Assembly (NCBI GenBank): GCA_964366455.1
Contig: CAYISZ010000001.1
Coordinates: 15,111 to 79,110 of the forward strand
From: an uncultured Gammaproteobacteria bacterium
GTDB lineage: Bacteria > Patescibacteriota > Microgenomatia > UBA1406 > GWC2-37-13
Direction: 5' to 3'
DNA: 64,000 nucleotides
Shown: positions 9,739 through 18,531 of the stretch, in pieces
How positions within the stretch are numbered: the stretch's first letter is position 1
Layout of the letters: each line of letters opens with the position of its first letter
Program-made: the position numbers and the translations under genes
Notes under the pieces: generated by a model
Told to the model about the DNA's origin: nothing
The model's database searches: none
Seen by the model: the letters and a program-made list of their open reading frames with translations, nothing else

Positions 9739-11004
9739 CTAGACTACAGAAAGTTTAGGAAGAGGAAATACTAACTTCCCGCCCTTTTTTAGAAAGTCTT
9801 TCTCGCGGAGAAGAATGTTTTCCCTAAAATGCCATGGAAGCACTAATAAGTAATCTGGTTTATGACGCTTGGCCTCCTCCTCAGAAATGATGGGAATATT
9901 GGTGCCTGGCGTATATCTACCAAACTTATACTCATTTACCTCAGCAATAAAAGGAAGTTCGTCGGATGTTATATTGCAATATTGAAGTAGTACATTGCCT
10001 TTTGTTGAAGCGCCATAACCGTAAACTGTTTGATTCTTCGATCTAATTGCTTGAAGAAATGTCTGGAGTTTATATCTGTGGTGTTGAATTTCTTGCACGA
10101 ATTGTTTGTATGGATCAAGCGTATCAAGCATCATTTCTTTCTCCAAAGACACAAGTTTTTGTATATTGGCTTCGTCCTCTTTGTAAGGAGCTTCATTCTT
10201 GGATGCAAAGACTAAGAAGCTTCCGCCATTCGTATAATTTGTCTCAACGTGTACAATTTTCATTCCCATTTTTTTCAACATCCAACGAATTTGCTTGACC
10301 GCATAGTACTCAAGATGTTCGTGACAAATGGTGTCATAAGCTACCTGCTTGATCATAAGAGGCATATAGCTCTGCTCAAAGACCCATACGCCATCATTTG
10401 AAAGAAGGCGATATATCTCTTTAATAAAATCAAGAGGCTGCTCAAGGTCGTAAAACATTGCGATTGAAGTTATTACCTTCACATTTGACGTGTAAGATTT
10501 TCGTAATTTTTTAGATGGAAAAAAATCTTGCACTGCCTGTATGTGTTTCGGATAGTGAGCCTTAAATTTTTGGATTGTTGGGTCAATGCCAACTAGGTCA
10601 AGCTTCTTTGAAGAGTACTGATTTAGAAGAGTTCCATCATTACTCCCTATGTCGATTACAGCATCCCCACTTTTCAGATTTATTTTAGACTCTATTTTTT
10701 TAACAATACCTTTGAGGTGTTTTACCATTGAGGCATTTAGTCCAGATCGATAGCCATAGTTATCTCCATACAGAACTGCAAGATCGAAATCATGGCGTAA
10801 TTGCAGTAGTCCGCAGTTGTCATCAGTTTCGTTAGACAGACACTTCACAAGCTCAAGTGGACCATGCTGCACCTTTTCATTTTTTTTAGGGAAAACACCT
10901 GTTAGAGCTTGGTACCCCAAATTAAAAATGGTATGTAGATTTTTATTACCGCAGATTCTGCATTTTTTTATTTCCTTGTACAGCATGTGGGAATTATACA
11001 GCAA
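9739..11004 (-). CDS. SAM-dependent sugar C-methyltransferase-like protein with N-terminal zinc ribbon
   Basis: CRICGNKNL...VKCLSNETDDNCGLLQL (two Cys pairs), SAM motif VIDIGSNDG and a long C-terminal domain. This architecture resembles TylCIII-type NDP-hexose C-methyltransferases. Confidence 0.6.
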   Translation of the reverse strand: MLYNSHMLYKEIKKCRICGNKNLHTIFNLGYQALTGVFPKKNEKVQHGPLELVKCLSNETDDNCGLLQLRHDFDLAVLYGDNYGYRSGLNASMVKHLKGIVKKIESKINLKSGDAVIDIGSNDGTLLNQYSSKKLDLVGIDPTIQKFKAHYPKHIQAVQDFFPSKKLRKSYTSNVKVITSIAMFYDLEQPLDFIKEIYRLLSNDGVWVFEQSYMPLMIKQVAYDTICHEHLEYYAVKQIRWMLKKMGMKIVHVETNYTNGGSFLVFASKNEAPYKEDEANIQKLVSLEKEMMLDTLDPYKQFVQEIQHHRYKLQTFLQAIRSKNQTVYGYGASTKGNVLLQYCNITSDELPFIAEVNEYKFGRYTPGTNIPIISEEEAKRHKPDYLLVLPWHFRENILLREKDFLKKGGKLVFPLPKLSVV

Positions 11005-11057
11005 TATTTTTTTTTAAATCAAGTGTTGGTAGACACGGTTCTTTATAGATAAGAAGT

Positions 11058-12023
11058 TCATTTGAGAAATCCCATTATTGTACCTGGAACTGCACCTAAT
11101 TGTTTAGGTTGCTTGTTGACTATAGCCGCATAAATGTAGTAGCAGTTTTGAAAAATTATGTATGCAAAAAACTTATGAATTTTCCTAAAAGAGTCCAATC
11201 TAATATTTCGCCTATAGAATATTATGAAATTCAACATCCTGGAATAACTACTTGGCCTGTCATTAAAAAAACCGTCTCTTGACGGACAATGGTTAAGAGA
11301 TGATTTTGGATTGAAAATTAGTTTGTATCTAAGATTTTTAATCTTTAATGCTGCGTCCGCCTCATGATATTCTCCAACTCCTGTATAAACTGGATCAAAG
11401 CCACCTACAGCTTTTAGCAGTTTAGTTCTTACCGCATAGTTGCAAGGCTCTAGATTTGCAACTTCATGTTGAGGGTACTTCTTCGATTGTGGGAAGTTGG
11501 AGCCAAAGCTGAACGCTCCTGAGTCTAACCAGAGTCCAGATTCGTACTGTCTATTATCCATCAAGTAGCCGAAATAAAATCGCCCAATCATTCTCCAAAC
11601 TGGCGAACCCAGACGAAATTTCCGCTCAATAATCAGCAGATCTCGATTTGCCCTAAATCGCATTGGAATTACGGCAGGTCCTGTGACTCCACCGATTTTT
11701 TTATCCGATTCGAAAGTGTCCACAATCGCATTAAGCCAGCCTTTGTCCATAACAACATCGTCATCTGTTCTTATGAATATTTTACCTTTGGCATTCTTAA
11801 GCGCCATGTTTGCTGCGTTGGTAAGCCCTTTCTTTTTTTGGTTAATGACTTTAATACGGAGTTTATTGGAATATTTATTTATGATCTTTTCTGTATTGTC
11901 TGTAGATTTGTAGTCGACGATAATAACCTCAAAATTTTTGTACGACTGTTTAGTAAGGGATAAAAGAACTTTATCTAGTGAGCTTGCGCGATTGCCTGTG
12001 GGAATAAAAATTGAAACGCGCAT
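11058..12023 (-). CDS. Family 2 glycosyltransferase (paralog of 7581..8564)
   Basis: MRVSIFIPTGNRASSL...NFEVIIVDYKSTDNT...RTDDDV. Start set to ATG 12023, 4 nt after the upstream stop; the ORF-track start at 12074 would overlap by 47 nt. Confidence 0.8.
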   Translation of the reverse strand: MRVSIFIPTGNRASSLDKVLLSLTKQSYKNFEVIIVDYKSTDNTEKIINKYSNKLRIKVINQKKKGLTNAANMALKNAKGKIFIRTDDDVVMDKGWLNAIVDTFESDKKIGGVTGPAVIPMRFRANRDLLIIERKFRLGSPVWRMIGRFYFGYLMDNRQYESGLWLDSGAFSFGSNFPQSKKYPQHEVANLEPCNYAVRTKLLKAVGGFDPVYTGVGEYHEADAALKIKNLRYKLIFNPKSSLNHCPSRDGFFNDRPSSYSRMLNFIIFYRRNIRLDSFRKIHKFFAYIIFQNCYYIYAAIVNKQPKQLGAVPGTIMGFLK

Positions 12024-12027
12024 TGCA

Positions 12028-13149
12028 TTATTGTTTTTTCTTGGTAAAAAATTTTTGAATTGTGTTGCAAACATATCTGATTTGTCCTCTTGATAGTTCT
12101 GGATACATTGGGAGTGATATTATTTCATCTGACAGTTGTTCTGTAACTGGGAAATCTCCCTTTTTGTAATTGAGACTTTTCCAGGCATTTTGTAAATGGA
12201 TTGGTTGAGGATAATGAATTTGCGTGTCCACACCCTCTTTTTTGAGAAAATTATGAAGTTTATCTCTTTGTTTTGTGCGGATTACGTAAAGATGGTGGAC
12301 GCTTTTGCGATTTGCAAAAGTTTTGGGAATCGTAACCTCAGGAATACTCTCAAGCATTTTATCGTACAACACGGCGTTGCCTTGTCGCTTGGTGTTCCAA
12401 CCATCTAGTCTGTGCAGTTTGTAAGACAGTAAGGCAGCCTGAAGAGTGTCGAGTCTTGAGTTGAATCCAATTGATTCATGATGATATTTGCTCGACTGAC
12501 CGTACTCTTTGACTCTTCGGATACGCATCTCGAGCGCCGCATCGTTTGTAGTAATCGCCCCCCCATCACCGAAGGCTCCCAGATTTTTGCTTGGGTAAAA
12601 CGAGAATGCAGAAAATGTTCCAAATGAGCCAACTCTTTTTGAATTCAGTTTTGCGCCATGAGCCTGACAGGAGTCCTCGATAATATGAATCTTGCGACCT
12701 GTTTTTTTGACTATCGACTGAATTTCATCAATTTTATCTGCCTGTCCATAAAGGTGAACTACCATTATTGCTTTCGTCCTAGAATTAATCTTTTTTTTGA
12801 GAGCGGATAGGTCATATCCGAAGTCATCTGAATTAACCTCAGATAGAACTGGCTTTAACCCATTTGCCACAGCCGCAAGCAAGGTTGCGTAATAAGTGTG
12901 AGCTGGGAAAATCATCTCATCTCCAGTACTAAGACCAAGAGCACGTGTTCCGAATATTAATGCATCCGTGCCGGAGTTGAGAGAAACGCAATGCTTGGTT
13001 CCGACGAATTTGGCAAATTGCTTTTCAAATGATGTGACTTCTTCGCCTCCAACAAAAAAACCCTTTTTAATAGTGCTTCTAATAACTGAAAATAACTCTT
13101 TTTCATTGTCTGCAATTTGCTGATTTAAGCTTACAAATGGAACTTTCAT
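12028..13149 (-). CDS. PLP-dependent sugar aminotransferase (DegT/DnrJ/EryC1/StrS family)
   Basis: 373 aa with FSFYPSKNLGAFGDGG (PLP-lysine motif) and family-typical N-terminal region. Confidence 0.85.
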   Translation of the reverse strand: MKVPFVSLNQQIADNEKELFSVIRSTIKKGFFVGGEEVTSFEKQFAKFVGTKHCVSLNSGTDALIFGTRALGLSTGDEMIFPAHTYYATLLAAVANGLKPVLSEVNSDDFGYDLSALKKKINSRTKAIMVVHLYGQADKIDEIQSIVKKTGRKIHIIEDSCQAHGAKLNSKRVGSFGTFSAFSFYPSKNLGAFGDGGAITTNDAALEMRIRRVKEYGQSSKYHHESIGFNSRLDTLQAALLSYKLHRLDGWNTKRQGNAVLYDKMLESIPEVTIPKTFANRKSVHHLYVIRTKQRDKLHNFLKKEGVDTQIHYPQPIHLQNAWKSLNYKKGDFPVTEQLSDEIISLPMYPELSRGQIRYVCNTIQKFFTKKKQ

Positions 13150-14069
13150 AAAGATTTAAGCGTTTGCTCGATTCCATCCTCAATCGACGTAAATGGTTTT
13201 TTGTAATACTTCCTCAAGAGCTTTGTGTCAGCCGTGGTTCTTTCTAGGTACACCTTTGGCTTTCTGCCATAGGTTGGAGTTATTTTTTTTGGAAGATACT
13301 TATTGATTAGTGAGACGAGCTCCTTGAAGCTGATGTCAGAGCCAGTACCAATGTTCACTATTTTCTCGGGACAGTTAACGGCTAATGTAAGAGTAATGTC
13401 CACAATATCATTTATATATACAAAGTCTCGACGCTGCTTACCATCACCCCAGATCACAGGTTTTTTACCTTTTTGCATTGTCTGGCAGAATCCATATACT
13501 ACTCCTTGATATCTCCCCTTATGTTTTTCCCCCGGCCCGTACCCCGCCAAAATGCGTAGTCCAATAGCATTTACAGATGAGCCAAAAATAGATGCAATGT
13601 ACTCAAGACCGATTTTAGTTTTTGCATACTCGTTTTGTGCGTTTGGATTAAGAACAGCTTTTTCGGTATGGGGAGGTTTTACTCCGTTGTACAAGCTACC
13701 AGTAGATGGAAAGACGTAGCGAATTTTACGCTTAGCTGCATATCTAATCGTGTTAAGAAAGCCAGTTATAGTAATGTCTATTGAACTGGATAGATTCTCA
13801 AGAAACAGTGCGTTCGAGGATGGTGCGGCAAAGTGAAATAAATAATCGTACTTTTTTTTAGGTAATTTTTTAAAGATCTCCGAATCTCGAACGTCACCTT
13901 TTAAAAATACTGCTTTCTTATTAATATTTCTTGCTTGCGCTCCGTTAGTTAAGTTATCAATAACTACTACTCGAGCTCCAAATGAAATAAGTTTATTTAC
14001 AATGTTTTGACCAATGAAACCAGCACCTCCGGTGACTATGCAGTTTTTTCCTTTGTAGTGTTTTTCCAT
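13146..14069 (-). CDS. NAD-dependent nucleotide-sugar epimerase/dehydratase (extended SDR)
   Basis: GGAGFIGQNIV Rossmann motif and a YAKTK catalytic YxxxK. Confidence 0.8.
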   Translation of the reverse strand: MEKHYKGKNCIVTGGAGFIGQNIVNKLISFGARVVVIDNLTNGAQARNINKKAVFLKGDVRDSEIFKKLPKKKYDYLFHFAAPSSNALFLENLSSSIDITITGFLNTIRYAAKRKIRYVFPSTGSLYNGVKPPHTEKAVLNPNAQNEYAKTKIGLEYIASIFGSSVNAIGLRILAGYGPGEKHKGRYQGVVYGFCQTMQKGKKPVIWGDGKQRRDFVYINDIVDITLTLAVNCPEKIVNIGTGSDISFKELVSLINKYLPKKITPTYGRKPKVYLERTTADTKLLRKYYKKPFTSIEDGIEQTLKSL

Positions 14070-14170
14070 TGATATATTTTAAACAGCACCAAAGTATATA
14101 TATAGTTAAGCGTAATTACAAAGTAATTACTTGGATGAAGAAATTGAGTAAACTAATCATGACAAGTGTT

Positions 14171-15181
14171 CTAGTATAGTCCAAGAGCCTTATGGACTTT
14201 GAATTTTACCACTACTAAAAAGTAGTTTATTGTAGTTAGGAAACAGATTGCAGGATGCAAAAACCAAGCTGGATCCTGTATTGTCACATACCCCCGAACT
14301 GACTGTATCAAAGGTTCTATTCCTGTAAGAGAGTAGAATACATATCGGACAAGCTTCATCCTATCTTCTGAAGGATAATATAGATGAAATCTTCTATTGT
14401 GTTTTTTTTTGAAATAAAGCTCCAAGGCATACGCCCTTCGTCTATAGAAATATTTAAAAAAAGACTCTCCTGACTTGTGCCAAATGGAGGTCTTCACAAA
14501 GGCGTACCTGTCGTACCCCAGTTTAAGCAAATCAACGCAAGAATCAATATGTGAAAATAAAGATATATCTTTTGTAACTTTTTGAATTATTTTTGTTCGG
14601 ATAACAAAACCATTAGCGCCAATTGTTGGCATGCTTTCTCTTGTAAATCTAGTTTCGAAATACGACCTATGTTTGATGACTGGCGTTGGTAAGTGCCATC
14701 CTAATTCATAGTGAGCCCGTCTGTCTCTTTTGTTTAAATAAAATGCAACTGGATCATTCATCCCAAATAAAGCAAAATACCTGTTGAGAAGTTTATCTGA
14801 TTTTGAAAAATAGTAGTTTAGAGACTCGCTAGCTACAAGATCTTTATCAGTCTCAAGAGGCTTTAGCATTTTTTGTAACCAATCTCTATAAGGAATTACA
14901 TTATCTGATGGGAAGTTAACCACGTAATCTGAGCTGGCCTTGTTATATCCAATTGCGGTTGCTTCTTCAGGCCCGCTTGTATTAACTTTAAATATCTTGC
15001 AAAAGGAGTATTCGCGTGCAATAGACAGAGTCTTATCTTTGGAGCCATCGTCCATTATAAACATACGAATTAAGTGCTTGGGGTAAGAGAGCTTGTTGAC
15101 GCTCTCTAAGCATTCGCGAATAGTAGATTCACTGTTTAATGTAGGAGTAACAAAGGTGACAGTAGGTAATTTCGTTTTCAT
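14171..15181 (-). CDS. Family 2 glycosyltransferase
   Basis: VTFVTPTLNSESTI...MDDGSKDKT. Confidence 0.75.
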   Translation of the reverse strand: MKTKLPTVTFVTPTLNSESTIRECLESVNKLSYPKHLIRMFIMDDGSKDKTLSIAREYSFCKIFKVNTSGPEEATAIGYNKASSDYVVNFPSDNVIPYRDWLQKMLKPLETDKDLVASESLNYYFSKSDKLLNRYFALFGMNDPVAFYLNKRDRRAHYELGWHLPTPVIKHRSYFETRFTRESMPTIGANGFVIRTKIIQKVTKDISLFSHIDSCVDLLKLGYDRYAFVKTSIWHKSGESFFKYFYRRRAYALELYFKKKHNRRFHLYYPSEDRMKLVRYVFYSLTGIEPLIQSVRGYVTIQDPAWFLHPAICFLTTINYFLVVVKFKVHKALGLY

Positions 15182-15225
15182 AAAGATGATATTCGCAATT
15201 ATAATCGATATAATAAAATCTACAG

Positions 15226-16773
15226 ATGAAACATAAATTGTTGCAATTATTTCAAAAAAATAAGCACATTTCGTATCTTGTCCTGGGTTTGATCACTCTT
15301 CTGGTATTTGTTTGTTATGGAGGCGCTCTCAACGCCCCATTTATTATTGACGATACTGCAGGAATAGTAAATAACCCAAATATCGGAAAGTTTAGTTGGT
15401 TATTGGCTACTCCTCAAGCATTTTTTGCCAATCTTACTTTTTATCTTGCCTATAAAATCGGAGGATTATCGCCAATAGTGTTCCGAATGTTCAATATTGC
15501 TTTTCATATTGGGGCGGTATTTACTCTTTACCTCATTATTAAGAGGTTATTTAGCCTTAGGCAAGCAATTTTTACCTCAGTACTCTTTGCAATTCATCCG
15601 ATTTTTACCGAGTCGGTAACCTGGATTTCGGCCATGAGCTACCCAAAATACAGCTTCTTCTTCTTACTGACGATTCTAAGTTATATTTATGGCCAGAAAA
15701 ATAAGAGATGGTATGTTGCTTCTATTGTGTTTGCGCTACTCTCAATCCTCTCCTCCGAAAAAGCGGTCGCATTACCACCCGTACTTTTCTTGCTTGAATG
15801 GGTATTCTTCTCGGTTAAAAATAACTGGAAGAGATTTGTCCCTCACACAATTATCATAATTGCGATTGCCTCTATTTACCTAATGGGAATAGGCGCTCGA
15901 AGCGCAGCGTTCCAGAAAGACTATTACATTACAAAGCAGTTCTACAACCCCATTGAGCACGTTCCCTATGCAGTCACTTACTATTTGCAGCTAATTTTCT
16001 TTCCAAAGGATCTTACTGTCTACCACTCAGAGCTGTCTATAACTATGACCGAGTTTATGATCCGATGGGCGTTTTTTATAGTTTTCATTGTCTCTATCGC
16101 AATGACGTACAAAAAGAGCAAATCCTACTTTTTCTGGGCGCTTTTTTTCCTCATTACCCTTGCTCCTTCACTAATTCCCCTAAACATCGTTTGGATTGTG
16201 GCCGAAAGATATGTGTACCTTGGAGCCGTTGGTGTAATGGCGCTCTTGGGCTACGGTATTACGAAACTATCTGAGATTAAGAAATTTCAGACAGTATTTA
16301 TTGCGTTATTTACTGCGATTATACTATCGCTTATCGGTCGTACAATTATACGGAATGTCGATTGGTTAAGTCCTGCTGCCTTGTGGACGTCCACAATACA
16401 AGTCTCCCCCAGCAGCTCAAATGCGCATAACAACATGGGTGATGTTTATGCCAATAGAAAAGACTGGGTAAATGCAGCGAAGGAATTTCAGGCTGCTATT
16501 GTGCTCCAACCAGGAGATGCAGATCCAAGACACAATCTTGGGATTACTCTTACTATGATGGGAAAATACGAAGCAGCCGTAGAAGCCTATTCAGGAGCGT
16601 TGCAGATATCACCAACTTTGTATAAAACTCATCAGAACCTTGGATTTGTATTTCACAAGCTTCAAAACTATCCAGAGGCTGAGTACCACTTAGTTAAAGC
16701 ATTAGAGTTTGGTCCACCCAACCCAACAATATCTGAGTTTCTAAAGGAAATTAGGAGTTTGATGGGCAAATAA
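15226..16773 (+). CDS. GT-C-like membrane protein fused to C-terminal TPR repeats (TMTC-like putative protein O-glycosyltransferase)
   Basis: 515 aa. First-loop DD motif FIIDDTAGIVNNPNI, about 10 TM segments, then TPR repeats (AHNNMGDVYANRKDW...HNLGITL...HQNLGFVF). Confidence 0.7.
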   Translation: MKHKLLQLFQKNKHISYLVLGLITLLVFVCYGGALNAPFIIDDTAGIVNNPNIGKFSWLLATPQAFFANLTFYLAYKIGGLSPIVFRMFNIAFHIGAVFTLYLIIKRLFSLRQAIFTSVLFAIHPIFTESVTWISAMSYPKYSFFFLLTILSYIYGQKNKRWYVASIVFALLSILSSEKAVALPPVLFLLEWVFFSVKNNWKRFVPHTIIIIAIASIYLMGIGARSAAFQKDYYITKQFYNPIEHVPYAVTYYLQLIFFPKDLTVYHSELSITMTEFMIRWAFFIVFIVSIAMTYKKSKSYFFWALFFLITLAPSLIPLNIVWIVAERYVYLGAVGVMALLGYGITKLSEIKKFQTVFIALFTAIILSLIGRTIIRNVDWLSPAALWTSTIQVSPSSSNAHNNMGDVYANRKDWVNAAKEFQAAIVLQPGDADPRHNLGITLTMMGKYEAAVEAYSGALQISPTLYKTHQNLGFVFHKLQNYPEAEYHLVKALEFGPPNPTISEFLKEIRSLMGK

Positions 16774-16780
16774 CCGAAAG

Positions 16781-18328
16781 GTGAAATTTTTAAAGTCAAC
16801 GACCTTCTGGACACATCTTCTGGTCTTTGTTTTGGCTGTAGCCGTACTTTACTTACCTTCTCTACATTCAAGTTTTGTCCTAGATGATCACATTGGTATT
16901 GAACAAAATCAGGACATTCGAAGTATCGACACCGTCTTCAATACGCCGTTTACGGCCTTCAGATCACTATTGCTACATACTTCATACAGTCTTGGACAGC
17001 TAGATCCTGCCTATTATCGAATTATGAACTTCGTTTTTCACCTGGGTACTGTAGTAGGTATATATATATTGGTAGGGTTGGTTGCAGAGAGTAGTGTCAT
17101 AGCTTTCTTTTCAGCCTTAATTTTTGCCGTTCACCCGATTTTAGTGGAGTCGGTTGTCTGGATATCGTCACTCACATATCCCCAGTACAGTTTTTTTGTA
17201 CTAGTCTCATTAATCCTATACATCTTAAAAGATAAGGTAAGGCAAAAAACACTTTTTATTGTCCTGAGTCTGGTTGCTTTTTTTCTCTCTCTTATGTCGT
17301 CGGAGAAGGCACTAATACTTCCACTGATTATTTTGTTGTACGAATGGTTATTCGGATCTCTTAAGAAAAATTGGAAACCAATCACGTTTAGTTTGCTGAC
17401 GCTTTGTGTTTTTGGAGTGATAATCTTTCCTTTCGTTCAGGATAGGATTGCGATATTCAGTGCAAGCGCAGTAACTGGGACAACAGAAATTATGAATCCA
17501 CTTTTGCAGATTCCAGTAGTGCTTGGTACATATTTGAATTTAATTTTTTGGCCAGAACGGCTGACCGTGTATCATCTTGACGAGATGGGAGTCCAGCAAA
17601 GTTCGTTGATACTTAATTCCTTATTAACGCTTCTTTATTTCGCTTGTCTTATCGTAAGTTATCTTAAAAATAAGAAGATTTTCTTTTTCCTGTCAATATT
17701 TTTCATTGCGAGTTTGCCGGCGTTAATACCCATACACATAATTCAGATTGCGGCGGAACGTTACGCTTATCTAGGGACATTCGGATTGATAGCAGCTGTC
17801 GTAGTAGGGCTTTTTACACTTGTGAAGAAGTACAAAATCAATGTCATATGGCTATATGTCATATTGTCGGTATGTGTAATTGCATTGGGCTGGAGAACGA
17901 TTGTCAGAACTTGGGACTGGGAGTCCGAGATGAGTCTGCGCTTGGCGACCTTAAAAACTGCACCATACAGCGCGCGTGCGCATAACAATGTAGGGATTCA
18001 GCTAATGAACGAAGGCCGGGATGATGAGGCTTTGGTCGAGTACAAAAAAGCAATTTCTATGAATCCACGTTATAGTCATCCGTATCATAACATCGGCCAT
18101 ATGCTCTCACTACGAGCAAGATATGAAGAAGCTCTTCCATTTTATCTTAAAGCATCTCAACTTAATAAATTTGAGTGGAAGACTCGCCAGGATTTGGGAC
18201 AGGTCTACTTTATGCTCGGTAGATATTCTGAGTCAAAGGAACAAATTCAAATGGCAATTAAGCAAGGTTCTCCTGAGGTGCTTAGACTAAATGCGGTGTT
18301 GAATAGAATAAGAGAACTAGGGTATTGA
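16781..18328 (+). CDS. GT-C-like membrane protein with C-terminal TPR repeats, tandem paralog of 15226..16773
   Basis: Also 515 aa. FVLDDHIGIEQNQDI motif, same TM/TPR layout, GTG start, TGA stop. Confidence 0.7.
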   Translation: MKFLKSTTFWTHLLVFVLAVAVLYLPSLHSSFVLDDHIGIEQNQDIRSIDTVFNTPFTAFRSLLLHTSYSLGQLDPAYYRIMNFVFHLGTVVGIYILVGLVAESSVIAFFSALIFAVHPILVESVVWISSLTYPQYSFFVLVSLILYILKDKVRQKTLFIVLSLVAFFLSLMSSEKALILPLIILLYEWLFGSLKKNWKPITFSLLTLCVFGVIIFPFVQDRIAIFSASAVTGTTEIMNPLLQIPVVLGTYLNLIFWPERLTVYHLDEMGVQQSSLILNSLLTLLYFACLIVSYLKNKKIFFFLSIFFIASLPALIPIHIIQIAAERYAYLGTFGLIAAVVVGLFTLVKKYKINVIWLYVILSVCVIALGWRTIVRTWDWESEMSLRLATLKTAPYSARAHNNVGIQLMNEGRDDEALVEYKKAISMNPRYSHPYHNIGHMLSLRARYEEALPFYLKASQLNKFEWKTRQDLGQVYFMLGRYSESKEQIQMAIKQGSPEVLRLNAVLNRIRELGY

Positions 18329-18340
18329 GCTCTTGACTTA

Positions 18341-18527
18341 GTCATCCTGAATTCCCCCTGTCATCCTGAACAATAGTGAAGGATCCAGCGACCGTTGGGA
18401 GCGCTTCGCCAAGTCAAACTTGGCTTCGCTAGATTCTTCGTTTCACTCAGAATGACAAGAACCCCGCTTCGCTAGATTCCTCACTTAGTTCGGAATGACA
18501 AAGATGCTGAACTAAATTCAGCATGAC
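18341..18527. repeat. Cluster of inverted REP/MITE-like units (GTCATYCTGA...GAAGAATCTAGCGAAGCG family) between convergent genes
   Basis: Forward half-units gtcatcctgaa at 18341 and 18360. Reverse units gcttcgctagattcttcgtttcactcagaatgac (18423-18456) and cgcttcgctagattcctcacttagttcggaatgac (18465-18498). Terminal hairpin gctgaa-ctaaa-ttcagc. Related copy at 54343-54428. Confidence 0.7.
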
Positions 18528-18531
18528 AATA

